53,666 nucleotides of DNA from a virus (lineage: Duplodnaviria > Caudoviricetes), in IMG/VR virus record IMGVR_UViG_3300045120_000224, positions 1 to 53,666 of that record. One strand, 5' to 3'. The notes under the pieces were generated by a model. The model was given only the letters and a program-made list of their open reading frames with translations, searched no databases and was not told the origin of the DNA. Made by a program: the position numbers and the translations under genes. This document shows positions 6,460 through 18,400 of the stretch, in pieces (position 1 is the stretch's first letter; each line of letters begins with the position of its first letter).

Positions 6460-9400
6460 GTGGGCCGTTTCGACAACTCGGGGCTCCAGAAGTGGACGAA
6501 GATCGCCAAGGCCCCCGAGGCGCCGGCGGGTATGCAGCAGGCGGCGGTGGCCGCTCGCGGTTACGAGGCGGGCACCCCGCGGTTCGCCGACTCCAGGATC
6601 GGGCGGTTCACCTCGCAGCAGGGTTTCGTCGACACCGCGCGGAACTGGTACACCGGGGCCAACCGTGAGGGCACGAACAACGGCTGGGACACGCAGTTCA
6701 CCAACGACTTCATCAACGGGCAGAACGAGGCGGCGTCCAAGGGCCAGCTGAACACGTACTTCTCCCAGCCGGACGCCACCGGTGTGGTGACCTGGGATCA
6801 CAGGCTGGCCGACGGCACGCAGGCCCACTTCGGCGACGTGTTCAAGAACGGCCGCAAGGTCGACAACGTCTACCACACGTTCGGTCGTGACACCGGCAAC
6901 CTGATGATGAGCCAGTTCGTGCTGAGCGGCGACCAGAAGGCGCATGTGTTCAGCGCCTCGGACAACGTGGAGCGGCTCAACCGGGAGATCGTCGGGGTCC
7001 GCGAGCAGAACAACGTCGACATCCCGAAGGGGCAGGCCGCGATCCGCTTCCAGGACACGGTGGAGAAGACGACACGGCAGTTCGAGCGGGGTCACGTCGA
7101 CGAGGCGGCGGTGCTGGGCGGTGCCGCCGGTGGGGCTGCGGTCGGCACCGGTATCGGTGTGGGGGTCGGTGCGGCGTTCTTCGGTGTCGGTGCCCCCGTG
7201 GGTGCCGCGGTCGGTGCGGGGGTCGGTGCGGTGGCCGGTGGGATCGGCGCGTTCTTCAACAGGGACGCGCTGACCCAGCAGGCGGCACGGGCTTATGAGA
7301 TCACCGCGATGAGCAACCGGGAGAACGGTGGCAGCGCGGCGGTGGCCACCGGGATCCAGCAGTGGGCGGGGTTCTCCCAGAAGCTGACGTCCCCGCTGAG
7401 CAATCTGCTGCAGGGCGGCTATGACGCGACGCGGGGGAAGGGCGGTGACGGCGAGTCGGAGTTCTACCGGACGGACGCGAAGGGGAAGGCGCACACTCCG
7501 GCCTGGGTGAAGATCGCGGACGTCGGTGCGGCGATCGGTGACGGTGCGCTGGAGTTCGCCAGCCCCATCGGTGCCGGGCTCTACACGGCGCAGATGGGCG
7601 GTGTGATCAGTGGCGAGGTCGGGGAGCTGGCGATCACCAGGGGGAAGGCGTTCGACTACTCCCGTGGCGGGTTCGACAACATCTTCACCGACGACAAGGG
7701 CAACTTCTCCGCTACCGAGGGTGCGGCCGGCATCGCCAAGGTCGGCATCGACATGGTGCAGATGGGGATGGCCCGCGGGCTGCTGGGCCGGGTGCAGTCC
7801 GCCCGGGGTGCCGCCGGGCTCGAGGAGGTCGGTGCGCCGTCCGCGATCGGGAAGAGGCTCTACGGCGGTAGGGATGTGGCCGACCGGGCGCTGCCGGGCT
7901 GGCTCGGCGGCCGCACGGCGGCGCAGCGGGAGGCGCTGACCAACGGTGGGGCTGAGGAGATCCTCAAGGGGTTCCGGTATGTGACGGACAGCACCGGGAA
8001 GGTGGTCGGTAACCGGCGGGCCACGCTGTCCCTGCTGGCACCCAGTGAGCAGCTGGGTGCGCTGAGCACCCGGGTGCTGGCGCTGCGGGCCAGGGCGCGG
8101 AACGCGGGTGCGCTGAGCGCGGACGACTTCTACCGGGCGGCCACCGCGATGGAGCACGGTGAGCGGAGGTTCACCACGGCTCTGGTGAACGGGATGGGTG
8201 AGGGCTACGAGGAGGCGGTGCAGGCGGTCCTTGAGCCGTACTCCCACGACGACAAGGTCTCCTACGCCGACATCGGGAACAGCGCGCTGTACGGCTTCGC
8301 GGGTGGTGTCGGGATGGGTCTGGGCACGAACGCCCGGATGCCGACGGCCTCGGAGAGGCTGGACGCGAAGGTCAGGCTGGCGCACCGGATCCAGACCGGT
8401 GGCGCCGACATCGACGAGCGGCTGCTCGCGGGGATGAGCCTGAGCGAGAAGCAGGCCCGTGCCGCGATGTCGGGGATCGAGACGGCGACGGCGAGGGCGG
8501 CCTACGACAAGCTGGCCGACGACCACGCCGCCGAGCTCACCGCCGGCGTGGAGGGCGTGAACAGGCTGGCGGACGCGGTGAAGACGACGATCGCGGCCGA
8601 CCTGGTGCGGGTGGGCCCACGTACCGACGTCCCGTTCGTGATCACCCAGCTCGAGGAGGCGGGCCGTGTCGACTCCGCCGGGACGCTGATCGGTAACAGC
8701 CTCCCCTCCGACGCGGTCGCCTCCAGTGGTGCGCAGCTGCTGCGCAACTACGCGAACCGGATGACCGGTGTGGGCGAGCAGCTCACCACGTTGCAGCGTG
8801 ACCAGGCTGACAACGAGCAGGCGCTCGTCAACGACCCGGCCTCCGAGGCGCTGACCGCCAGGAAGGCGGAGCTGGCCACGAACATCACCCGCACGCAGGC
8901 GATGCTGGACCTCGGGGAGCAGTTCGCGGCCGAGATCGACGACCACGTCTCCCAGATGTACGCCACCAAGGCGGACCCGAACAGCATCGCGGCGGAGTCC
9001 GAGCTGCTCAACCACAAGATCCGGGCGGCGTTCAACCTCCAGGTCGACACGCTCGGTGGTGTCGTGCTGGACCGGGAGCAGAAGATGGCGCTGGCACGGG
9101 CCGTCAGCGCGGTGGTGACCCGTGACCCGCAGGACCAGTCGGGGTCCTACCAGGTGCTGGTGCCGCAGGTCTCCGCGAACCTCACGATCGCCAACTCCGA
9201 CAACGTGCTGCAGGTCTCCCACGCGATCCTCCCGGCGATCCGCGGCGACTTCGACGGGGACAAGATCCGGACGCTGAACCAGCTGATGCTCGACGAGACA
9301 AGTTTCGTCTCGGCCCGTGCCGGGATGCACTTCCTCGGGGCGGGCACCACGGTGAACGTCGGAGCCCCCAAGTACGAGAAGTGGATGGTGCAGTACCTCG

Positions 9401-12400
9401 CGGAGGGGATGCGCAGCACCAACGACGCGCTGCGGAACTTCGCCACCGGCACGCTGACCCACATCTCCGGAGCGGTCCGGGACCGCTACGACGGGGTGGT
9501 CGACGCCGGTCTGCTGAACCGGGTGCTCAAGGACTTCTACGACGCGGTGTACGCGGGCGACAAGGACGCCCGCTCGGTGCTGCTGGACGGGCTGGCCGGC
9601 TCGGAGGCCGGTGGCGCGATCACCGAGTTCGCCCGGTCCAACCTGAGCAACGAGTGGCTCTGGATCGACCAGCTCGTCCGGTCCTCCATGCAGGAGTACC
9701 AGGAGTCGTACGCCGCGAACCGCAAGCACTTCGGCCCGGAGCCGGGCGAGAGGCGCGGGCGGCCCACGAAGCGGGCCACCGCTGTGCGGGAGCGGCGTGC
9801 GGCACGGGCGGCCACCACCGGTCAGACGGTGGGGATCTGGCTCGAGGGCGACCAGATGTTCCGCAAGATGCAGAAGCTGCACTACACCACCCTGTCGGCC
9901 GCCGTGCGCAGCGCGGACGACGCCGGCGCCCGTGCCGAGCTGGCAGAGCTGGCGATGCAGTACGAGATGCTCGGCCAGGAGGCGTCCCAGTCCGAGCTGG
10001 ACCGGGTCCGCGGCAAGGACGACATCACCGGGCGGGTGCTGACCCAGCTGATGTACCTGGCGCGCAACGCCACCAGCCTCGACGACCGGCTCTCCCCGAT
10101 CCAGGCGATGGCGGTGATCGCCAACGTGCAGGTCACCGACTTCGACATCGCGGCGGACGGCGAGCTGTCCACGTCGGGCAAGCAGATCTCCCTCGCGCAG
10201 TCGCTGCTGAAGCGCTCGATCGCGCGTGACCGGGGCGAGAAGGCCGCGATCTACGAGGCCAGCCCCGAGCTGCAGGCCAAGCACGCCCGGCTGCGCTCGA
10301 TGACCTACGCCGACGGCCAGGGCGTCAAGGGCAGCGGGGTGAACGCCCAGCGCGCGTTCACCGAGGTGTTCGGCGCGATGCAGATGTTCATGCTGCTCGG
10401 TGACGACGCCGGCCCGCTCGGCCCGCACATGACGGTGGAGCAGTACCTGCGGTTCTACACCGAGAAGTCGGAGTCGGACCGGCGCAGCGAGGACTACAAG
10501 CTCCGCAACGAGGCCGCGTACCTGGGCCGCAAGACCACCACCGACCTGCCCTACTCCGTCCAGGAGCTCGTCGACGGCAACGTGTCCCCGTACCGGTCGG
10601 TGGTGGACTCCCTGATCGCGGTCGGCCACAAGCGTCTCGCCATCGACGCCGACGTCGCGGCGTCGAAGGACACCACCCGGCACCACCTGTCCGGTGAGTA
10701 CGCCGAGCAGCACTACCGGGTGTCCAAGCAGTTCCAGAAGGCGATCACCGACGCCCGTGCCGCGCTGTTCGAGTTCGGCCGGCTGTCCCCGCGCGACGAG
10801 CTGAGCGCGGAGACGGTGAGGCGGCTGCTGGAGAACAACCCGCAGTTCGCCCGGCAGGTGATGGCGCTGATCCCGAAGGCCGCCGCGGGCTCCACCTTCG
10901 AGATCCGCAACGACGAGGTCTACGTCGCCAACTGGGTCTACGACATGTTCACCTTCAAGGACCCCGCCGAGGCGGAGATGCACTTCTGGCGGTCCACGCT
11001 GCTGGCCGAGTGGAACGCCAGGGGCCAGAACAGCCCTCCGGAGACCGAGGACGACGAGGGCTGGGCGGAGCGGGACTACATGCGGCTGTCCCGCCGGATG
11101 CACCGGGTGCTCTACAACATGAGCCCGGAGCGTCAGCACGACCACGGGGTGCGGCTGGCGAAGTTCGTGACCGAGATGCGCAACGCCACCAGCCTCGAGG
11201 AGTTCCTCCGCTGGGTGAACACCACCCCGGGTGTCCGCGGTGACCAGGCGCCGCTGCTCGGGTGGGTCGACGACACCGCGCAGTTCGACGTGGACAAGGC
11301 GTCCGGCGGCTGGTCGACCGCACTGGCGGGCACGGAGCAGCGCGAGGCCATCGCGTCCCTGTCGCGCGGTGCCACGAACCTGGTCAAGGACATCGCGGAC
11401 GAGCGGGCCGCCTGGTCGACCGACCGTTCCGTGATCGCCGCCATCGAGCGGGTGATCAAGGCCGACGCGGGCGGCAACGTCAAGCTGGACGCCGGTGACC
11501 GGGACCTCTACGACGCCTTCGCCCGCTCCATCGAGAAGGCGGGCGAGCTCTCCAACGGGCTCGGCCCGCAGGCGATGATGTACCAGGTCGTCGGTGCGGT
11601 GCGCGGGTTCTACCCGCAGGCCCACACCAAGGGCAAGAACCCCGACTACGTGGAGCCGGCCGGCGCGTTCGACGCGCTGGCCGACGCCTTCGACTACACC
11701 ACCAACTACGAGCGGCTGCTGTCCTCGATGACGTCGCTGAACATGGACGCGGTCGGCGGCAACCTGTCCCAGGTCGCCAAGGACGGCGGCCGCACCATGG
11801 ACGACGCGGGCCGCCAGGTCTCCTGGGACAAGCCGACGCCCCAGGCGATGATCGCGCTGCTGAAGAACCCCGACACCCGGCCGCTGGCCCGTGCCGTGCT
11901 GTTCCCGCAGGTGATGGAGCGTACCGTCGAGGGGCGGCTGTCCCCGCAGCTGCTGGTCGGCAAGTCGCTGAAGTCGCTGCTCGACCGGTCCGCCTTCGAC
12001 AACCTGTTCGAGCGCAACGACAGCCTCTCCCACGACAACGCGCTGCGGTACCTGTCGGTGGTGGAGGCCGCCGCCCGCAAGGAGGGCGGCCACTTCTCCG
12101 TGCAGCGGGCCGTCAACGACATCGTGATCGCCCGGACCAGCGCCGCTGACCATGTACTGTCCACCTACGAGCTCGAGCAGATGGCACGCACCGCGATGTA
12201 CGAGGTCGCACAGATCCTGCAGGACGTCGGGAGCCTGGCCAGCGCACCGGCCGACCCCAACGCCCACCCGCTGGACACGGTGCTCACCGAGATCCGGGCC
12301 GCCCAGCGTCGGGTGCGGACTGCTGGGCGGCTCGGTTTCGAGGCCAAGGACCAGGAGATCACCGACTCGGTCCTCGAGGACCTGATCAACCGCCGCCTCG

Positions 12401-15400
12401 CGGAGATGGAGTCCGACAAGAACGACATCATCGCGGAGCGGGTGCCCGGGATGAGCGTGGCCGAGACCGAGCGGCTCGAGGCCCGGGTGCTGGCCGCCGA
12501 TGTGGACATGGACTCGTTCCGCCGGCGTGTCGAGGTGCTGAAGTCCGACGACGCCGCCGGCCTGGTCGTCGACATGTTCTCCTTCACCGGCGACCCGCAG
12601 ACCGACCCCGGCCGCCAGGGCGAGCTCATCGCCTACATCTTCTCGCGGACGGACACCTTCCGGTCCAAGTCCTCCTCCAGCCGGCAGATCATGATGAAGC
12701 TGTCCGAGCAGATCCAGGACTCCGGTCGCAACGGCCAGGTGGACCTGACCGACGACGAGTGGACCCACCTGTCGAACGCCGCGATCGCCGTGTACCTCGA
12801 CGAGACGCTGTCGATCGGCGGCATCTCGGTCCCGCCGTACCCGGACGAGGACCGCCGTGACGACCGCCGCTACTACGACATGTCGTTCTCCTACCTGGCG
12901 CAGCCGCTGCTGGACCGGAACAGCCCGCTGGTCAAGGCTGCCGTCGAGGTGCACCGGCTGGCCGGGCGCCAGGGCGACTACGCCGCGACCCCCACCGAGA
13001 TCAAGACGCTGCTGTCCCGCACCCTGTTCAAGGACTTCTCGGTCGGTGACTGGACCTCCGACATCCCGCGCTCCTCCATCGAGGCGAACCAGCGGCTCGA
13101 CTCCGCGGCCGCAGCCCAGGCCATCGCGATGGCCGGCAACTCCCCGAAGCGGCAGGCGGTGATCTCGGCCGCCACGAAGCGGACCTTCCGGGTGCCGGGC
13201 GACGACCTGCTCTCGACCGTCACGCTGTCCGCGCTGGACCTGTACCGGGGCGACTTCGACGAGGTCGCCGTCACCTTCCCCGACGGCACCGTCGGGTCGC
13301 GGCCGCTGGCGCAGCTCAACAACCGGTTCGCCCGCTCCGTGGTGATGCACTACCGGGACGCCGCCGACCCGGCCAACATCATCGAGGTCGACCTGCTGGG
13401 CACCGACCCCCGCCTCGGCCGGGTCTTCCACACCGACGACACGGCCTCCGCGTCCGGTCTCAAGGAGATCCATCTGGAACGACTCCAGAACGCGAAGGAG
13501 CGGATCGGCGTCGACGACGCCCGTGTCGTGGACATCCAGGTGAAGTTCTTCCACCCCGACTCCCAGCCGGTCGACACCGCCGAGGACCAGGCCCGGTCCC
13601 GGACCTGGTACAACAACCTGTTCTTCGAGGGCACGTCGTTCAACCTCGACGCCGACCGGCACAAGTCGCTGAACGAGACGCTCTGGTTCACCGAGGGCGG
13701 CATCAACCCGGTCTCGCAGGCCACCGCGCTGGACGCCAGCAAGCTCGGGAAGCCGGCGCTGCAGCCGGTGGAGACGGTGACCGCCGAGAAGCTGGCCGAG
13801 CTCGAGACCGACTTCGCCTCCGATCTCGGCGCGGTGCTGCGCGCCAAGACGAAGATCGCGATGACCACCTCGCTGGGGCTCGGCAAGCAGGGCAAGCTGG
13901 ACATCGAGTTCTACAACGCGGTCTACAAGGACATGAAGCTGCGGCACTTCGTGCGCGGCATCAGCAGCGCCACAGGCGAGAACCTTATATGGACCGCTGA
14001 TCAGGTTGTGGCCTATCAGCAGGCGAACCCGGGGCAGCCGCTGCCGATGAACGACCCCGCGCTGTGGGTGCCCAGCGACGACGTGCTGCGCACCATGCTC
14101 GGTGAGCAGGGCGACCAGGGCGTCGCCCGGGTCACGCCCGACTTCCTCGAGGTCGACCTGACCCGGGTCCGTGGCTACGCCGGGGTCAACGACAGGATGA
14201 AGCACCTGTTCAAGGTCGGGATGGACGGCGACACCCGGCCCATCGAGGAGACCCGGCTCTCCGCCGTCGCCCGCCAGGGCCTGCTGACGGTGCGCGCCAA
14301 CCTCGACTCCCGCACCCGTGCCCTGTACGAGACCAGGATCAAGTACTTCCAGGCGCTCAAGGACGAGATCAGCGTCGACCGTGCCAGCTTCACCGGCCGC
14401 GGCTTCGACTCGCAGCGGAACCTGGCGGCAGCGATCGCCGCCGGGGAGGCGGTGCTCCGCGCCGAGGACATCTCGATGGACTGGACCTCGGCCGGCATCC
14501 CGTTCTTCGGCCCGCGCACGCCGGGTGACTCGGCCATCAGCCGCCGGCTGCTCCAGGAGCTGGAGGCCGCGCTCCGCCCGGACGGCAACCGCAACGGGTT
14601 CATCTTCCGTGAGGGCGCGCAGGCCGACGCACCGACCGGGCTGATCACCGGGGAGTCCATCCACAACCTGAAGGGCGCGATGCGGGTGGCGCCCGGTGAC
14701 CTGGTGGTCGTCGAGCTCGACTCGTTCCGCGGCAACATGGAGCAGGCGCACAAGCGGCTGGACTGGCTGGCCGACCAGGGCGCCACCATCGTGCTCGGTG
14801 CCGCCGACGGCCAGGCCGACGTCCGCGCCGACTCCGCCGTGTTCCTGCAGTCGCTCGGCTACGAGCGGATCGCCGGTTCCGTCCACGTCTACCAGCCGAG
14901 CCTGACCACGCCACGCTTCCAGAACCTGCGTGCCCGTGCCTCCACCATGACGGAGGTCCGGGGCGTGTCACCGCGATCGCACATCGCGCTGCTGAACGTG
15001 ATGGGTCACGAGGTCGAGGAGAACTCGGCGTGGGTCGACTTCGACAACGAGCGCCTCGGCTCCATCGCTGAGACCGTCAACCTGGTGCCCACCGACTTCC
15101 TGATGGGCTTCAACGTCCCAGTCGCCCAGTACGGCAACGACTCGATGATCTCCCAGGTGCGGGCCCAGCTGAACGGGCTGAACGACGCCGAGGGCCGCAC
15201 CATGCTGCGCAACATGGCGAACGACCGGATCAAGGACAAGAAGGCACGCGCCGAGGCCGACATCGCCTTCGACTACCACTTCGACGAGATGCTCGACCGG
15301 ATGAACAACAACCCGGGCACCGTGCTCCCCCAGCCCGACGACACGTTCGGGCTCGGCTCGATGATCCCGCTGGTCGACACGATGGGCCGCATCGTGATCT

Positions 15401-18400
15401 ACCGGCACGGGATGAAGGCCCCGCACAGGTGGCGTGTCGACGAGATGACCGCGCAGACCCTCGACCGGGGTGGCGACGCGAAGAACGTGGCGGTGTTCCC
15501 CACCAAGCTGGAGTCCGCCGCCACGATCCACGATGGTCGTGTCATCGAGTTCAACCCGCGCTCCGGCTTCGGCCTGTCCGCCCGGCTCGAGATCGACCTG
15601 CAGACCCTTGGTGACAAGAAGGTCCTCGAGTGGAACGGGATGAAGTACCTGCTCACCCCGCGCCCGAAGTCGAAGGTGCTGCCCGACCACGGGATCTTCA
15701 CCAACTGGGACATCGACGGGATCGTCTCGCTCGACGACACGATGAGCAAGGAGTCGTTCGAGGGGATGGTGGACAACCACCGCAACGCCTTCGCCTACTT
15801 CGGCATCGACTTCACCGACGACATCGCCACCTTCCTCGGTGTCGACCACGCCACCGCCCTCGACATCCTGGACATGGTCGCCAACCGGGCGCCGAGGATC
15901 CAGCTCGCCGCCGCCGACGAGATCCTGAACAGCCGGCGGATCATGTCCACCGTGCTCAACCAGATCAAGGCCGCCGGCGTCCCCAACCTCGACGACGCCC
16001 TGGTCGACACGCTCGCGGACCCGACCAGCAACGAGGCGAAGATCACCGCCGCGATGCTGGTGTACCTGATGACCCCGGGTGCCCGGGTCTCCGACGTCAT
16101 CAAGTCCGGCGGCTTCAACGACGAGTCCTCCACCATCGACGCGCAGTCGATCCTGATGCCGCGGCTGTTCACCCAGGTCTTCGACAACGAGCCGCTCGGC
16201 TCCGACCTGCGCACCGAGATCAACGGCCGGCTCAACGCCCAGCTCCACAACCCGAACAACGACGGCACCGGCTACTCGCTGCGCCAGGACTGGGTGCTCG
16301 AGGTCCGCAACACGGACTCGAAGAAGAACATGTACGGGATGCTGCAGTTCGCCGAGGCCCACTCCGCCGGTGACAACCCGATCAAGAACGGGATGTCGTT
16401 CGACGAGACCGACCAGCAGACCGCCAGCCTGCACTCGGCCGCCATCGCCTACCAGGCCACCGGGGCGCAGACCGCCAACCTCTACGACCTGGCGAAGTCC
16501 CGGCTGCTGGCCGACTCGCTGCACGAGCCGAACATCAAGGACGCCAAGGACGGTGGCGTGTGGCGGATGCTCTCCGAGATCGGCTACAACGACAAGGGCG
16601 GGGCCGCGCTGTGGCGGGCCGCCACCCCGGCGGAGGCTATCCGCCGGGAGAACGGCCGCGACGCGGTGGTGCAGTTCCGGCAGGCGATCAACACCGAGGA
16701 CAAGAACGGCTGGAACAACACCACTCGGCGTGAGTACGCGGAGATCGCCACCAACATCATGCACGAGCTCGGCCTGCAGGGATCGCAGCGCGGTGTCGTC
16801 GACTTCTGGGTGCGCCAGCTCCTCGGGATGCCGTACGGCACCAACGAGCTGGGCGAGGAGGTCGGCCGCGTGAACGGCCGGTTCGCCAAGGAGGCGGCCA
16901 ACGACATCCTCTGGAACGTCCGCAACCGCTACCTTCCCGTCGTCGGTGCCGAGGTCCCGCTGCTGCACATCCATGACCTGCAGGCGATCTACCGTGCGGG
17001 CAAGTGGGTGCCGCGCTCCTCGATGGACGGCGACGCCTCGCCCGCCGGCAACTGGAACGAGTGGGTCGACATCTCGCTCGGCTCTGCGCTGACCTCCGAC
17101 AACCTGTTCGACCCGCTGTACCTGCTCGCGCTCGACGGGTTCATGCACACCTACCAGTCGGCCACCTCCTCACTGCTGGACCTCCCGGTCTCGTTCGACG
17201 CGATGAAGACCGCGCAGCTGATGGACCCCGACACCAACGCGCTGCTGGTCTCCATCAGCGACGAGACCAACCTGCTGGCCACCGACCCGATGCTGCTCGA
17301 CGTCACGAAGGCCAGCCTCGAGGCGATGATCGGCGGGCAGCGTTTCGCCGGGAAGCTCTACGCCAAGGCCGCTCCCGCCTCCGCGATCGCCAAGCGCCGT
17401 GACGCACGCCGCGAGTGGCGCAAGGAGTCGGGTGTCCCGGTGCCTGTCGACGTCTCCCTGAAGGACCTGCGCAAGAACGGCGCCCGGTTCACGCACAAGT
17501 CGACGGTGACCAACGCCTTCGCCCGCAGCCTGATCAACATGCGTGTCGGCACGGCGCTGCTCAACCCGGCGCTGTACGTCTCGATGGGCCCGGAGCAGTG
17601 GATCCGTGGCACGCTCGACCGGGCCGCGAACCTGATCACCGGTCAGTCGCTGGCCGTGCGCACCACCCGTGAGGGCGAGCTCACCTCCACCTCGCTGGCT
17701 GGTGCCGCCGCGAAGGTCGGTGACCGGCTGGCCGGCACGGCACTCGGTGAGGGCCTGGCGAACATGGGGCTGGAGATGGCGTACACGCCAGACCAGCTCG
17801 TCAAGTTCCGCCAGCTCGTCACCGTGCTCGGGCAGCGCAACGACTTCAAGGCGATGGTCTACAAGGACCTGATGTTCCTGCGGCCCTACGAGCCGGGTAT
17901 CGGCCGCATCGAGAAGTGGCTGGAGAACTACGCGAAGTTCGGCGCCAGGATGCAGGACCCTACCTGGGGGATGCGGGCCGACACCCTGGCCCGCCGCTAC
18001 CTCGAGGGCGCGCTGCAGGAGATCAACGCCACCCCGACGCTCAACGTGATCAGCAACGAGACGCTGATCGCCGCTCTCGCCACCGACCCGGAGTGGCTCA
18101 AGGACAACATGGAGGCCGCCCATAACGCGGGCACCCGCGCCGTGGCGCAGCTCCGGTCGCTCAAGCCGACGGTGCTGAGCCAGACGCTGCGCGGGATCTA
18201 CGAGCCGCTGTCCGCGTCACCGAACGCGGGGCTGAACTTCCTCGGCAACGTGGTGCTGAAGATGCCGATGCTGTTCAGCAACTACGGCATGAACGTGATC
18301 ACCACCGTCACCGGGCTGCAGGGCCTCGACCAGATGACGGCGGCGTTCATGACGGGTCGGACCAACGGGTTCAAGCACCCGCGCACCCTGCTCGGCCGGG

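Noticed and set aside
6445-14886. 2,813-aa antisense ORF and similar long reverse ORFs (14968..17148, 18217..20568, 19914..21782, 47887..50196)
   Set aside because: Shadow frames of high-GC3 genes, which rarely create stops on the opposite strand; no motifs or RBS.
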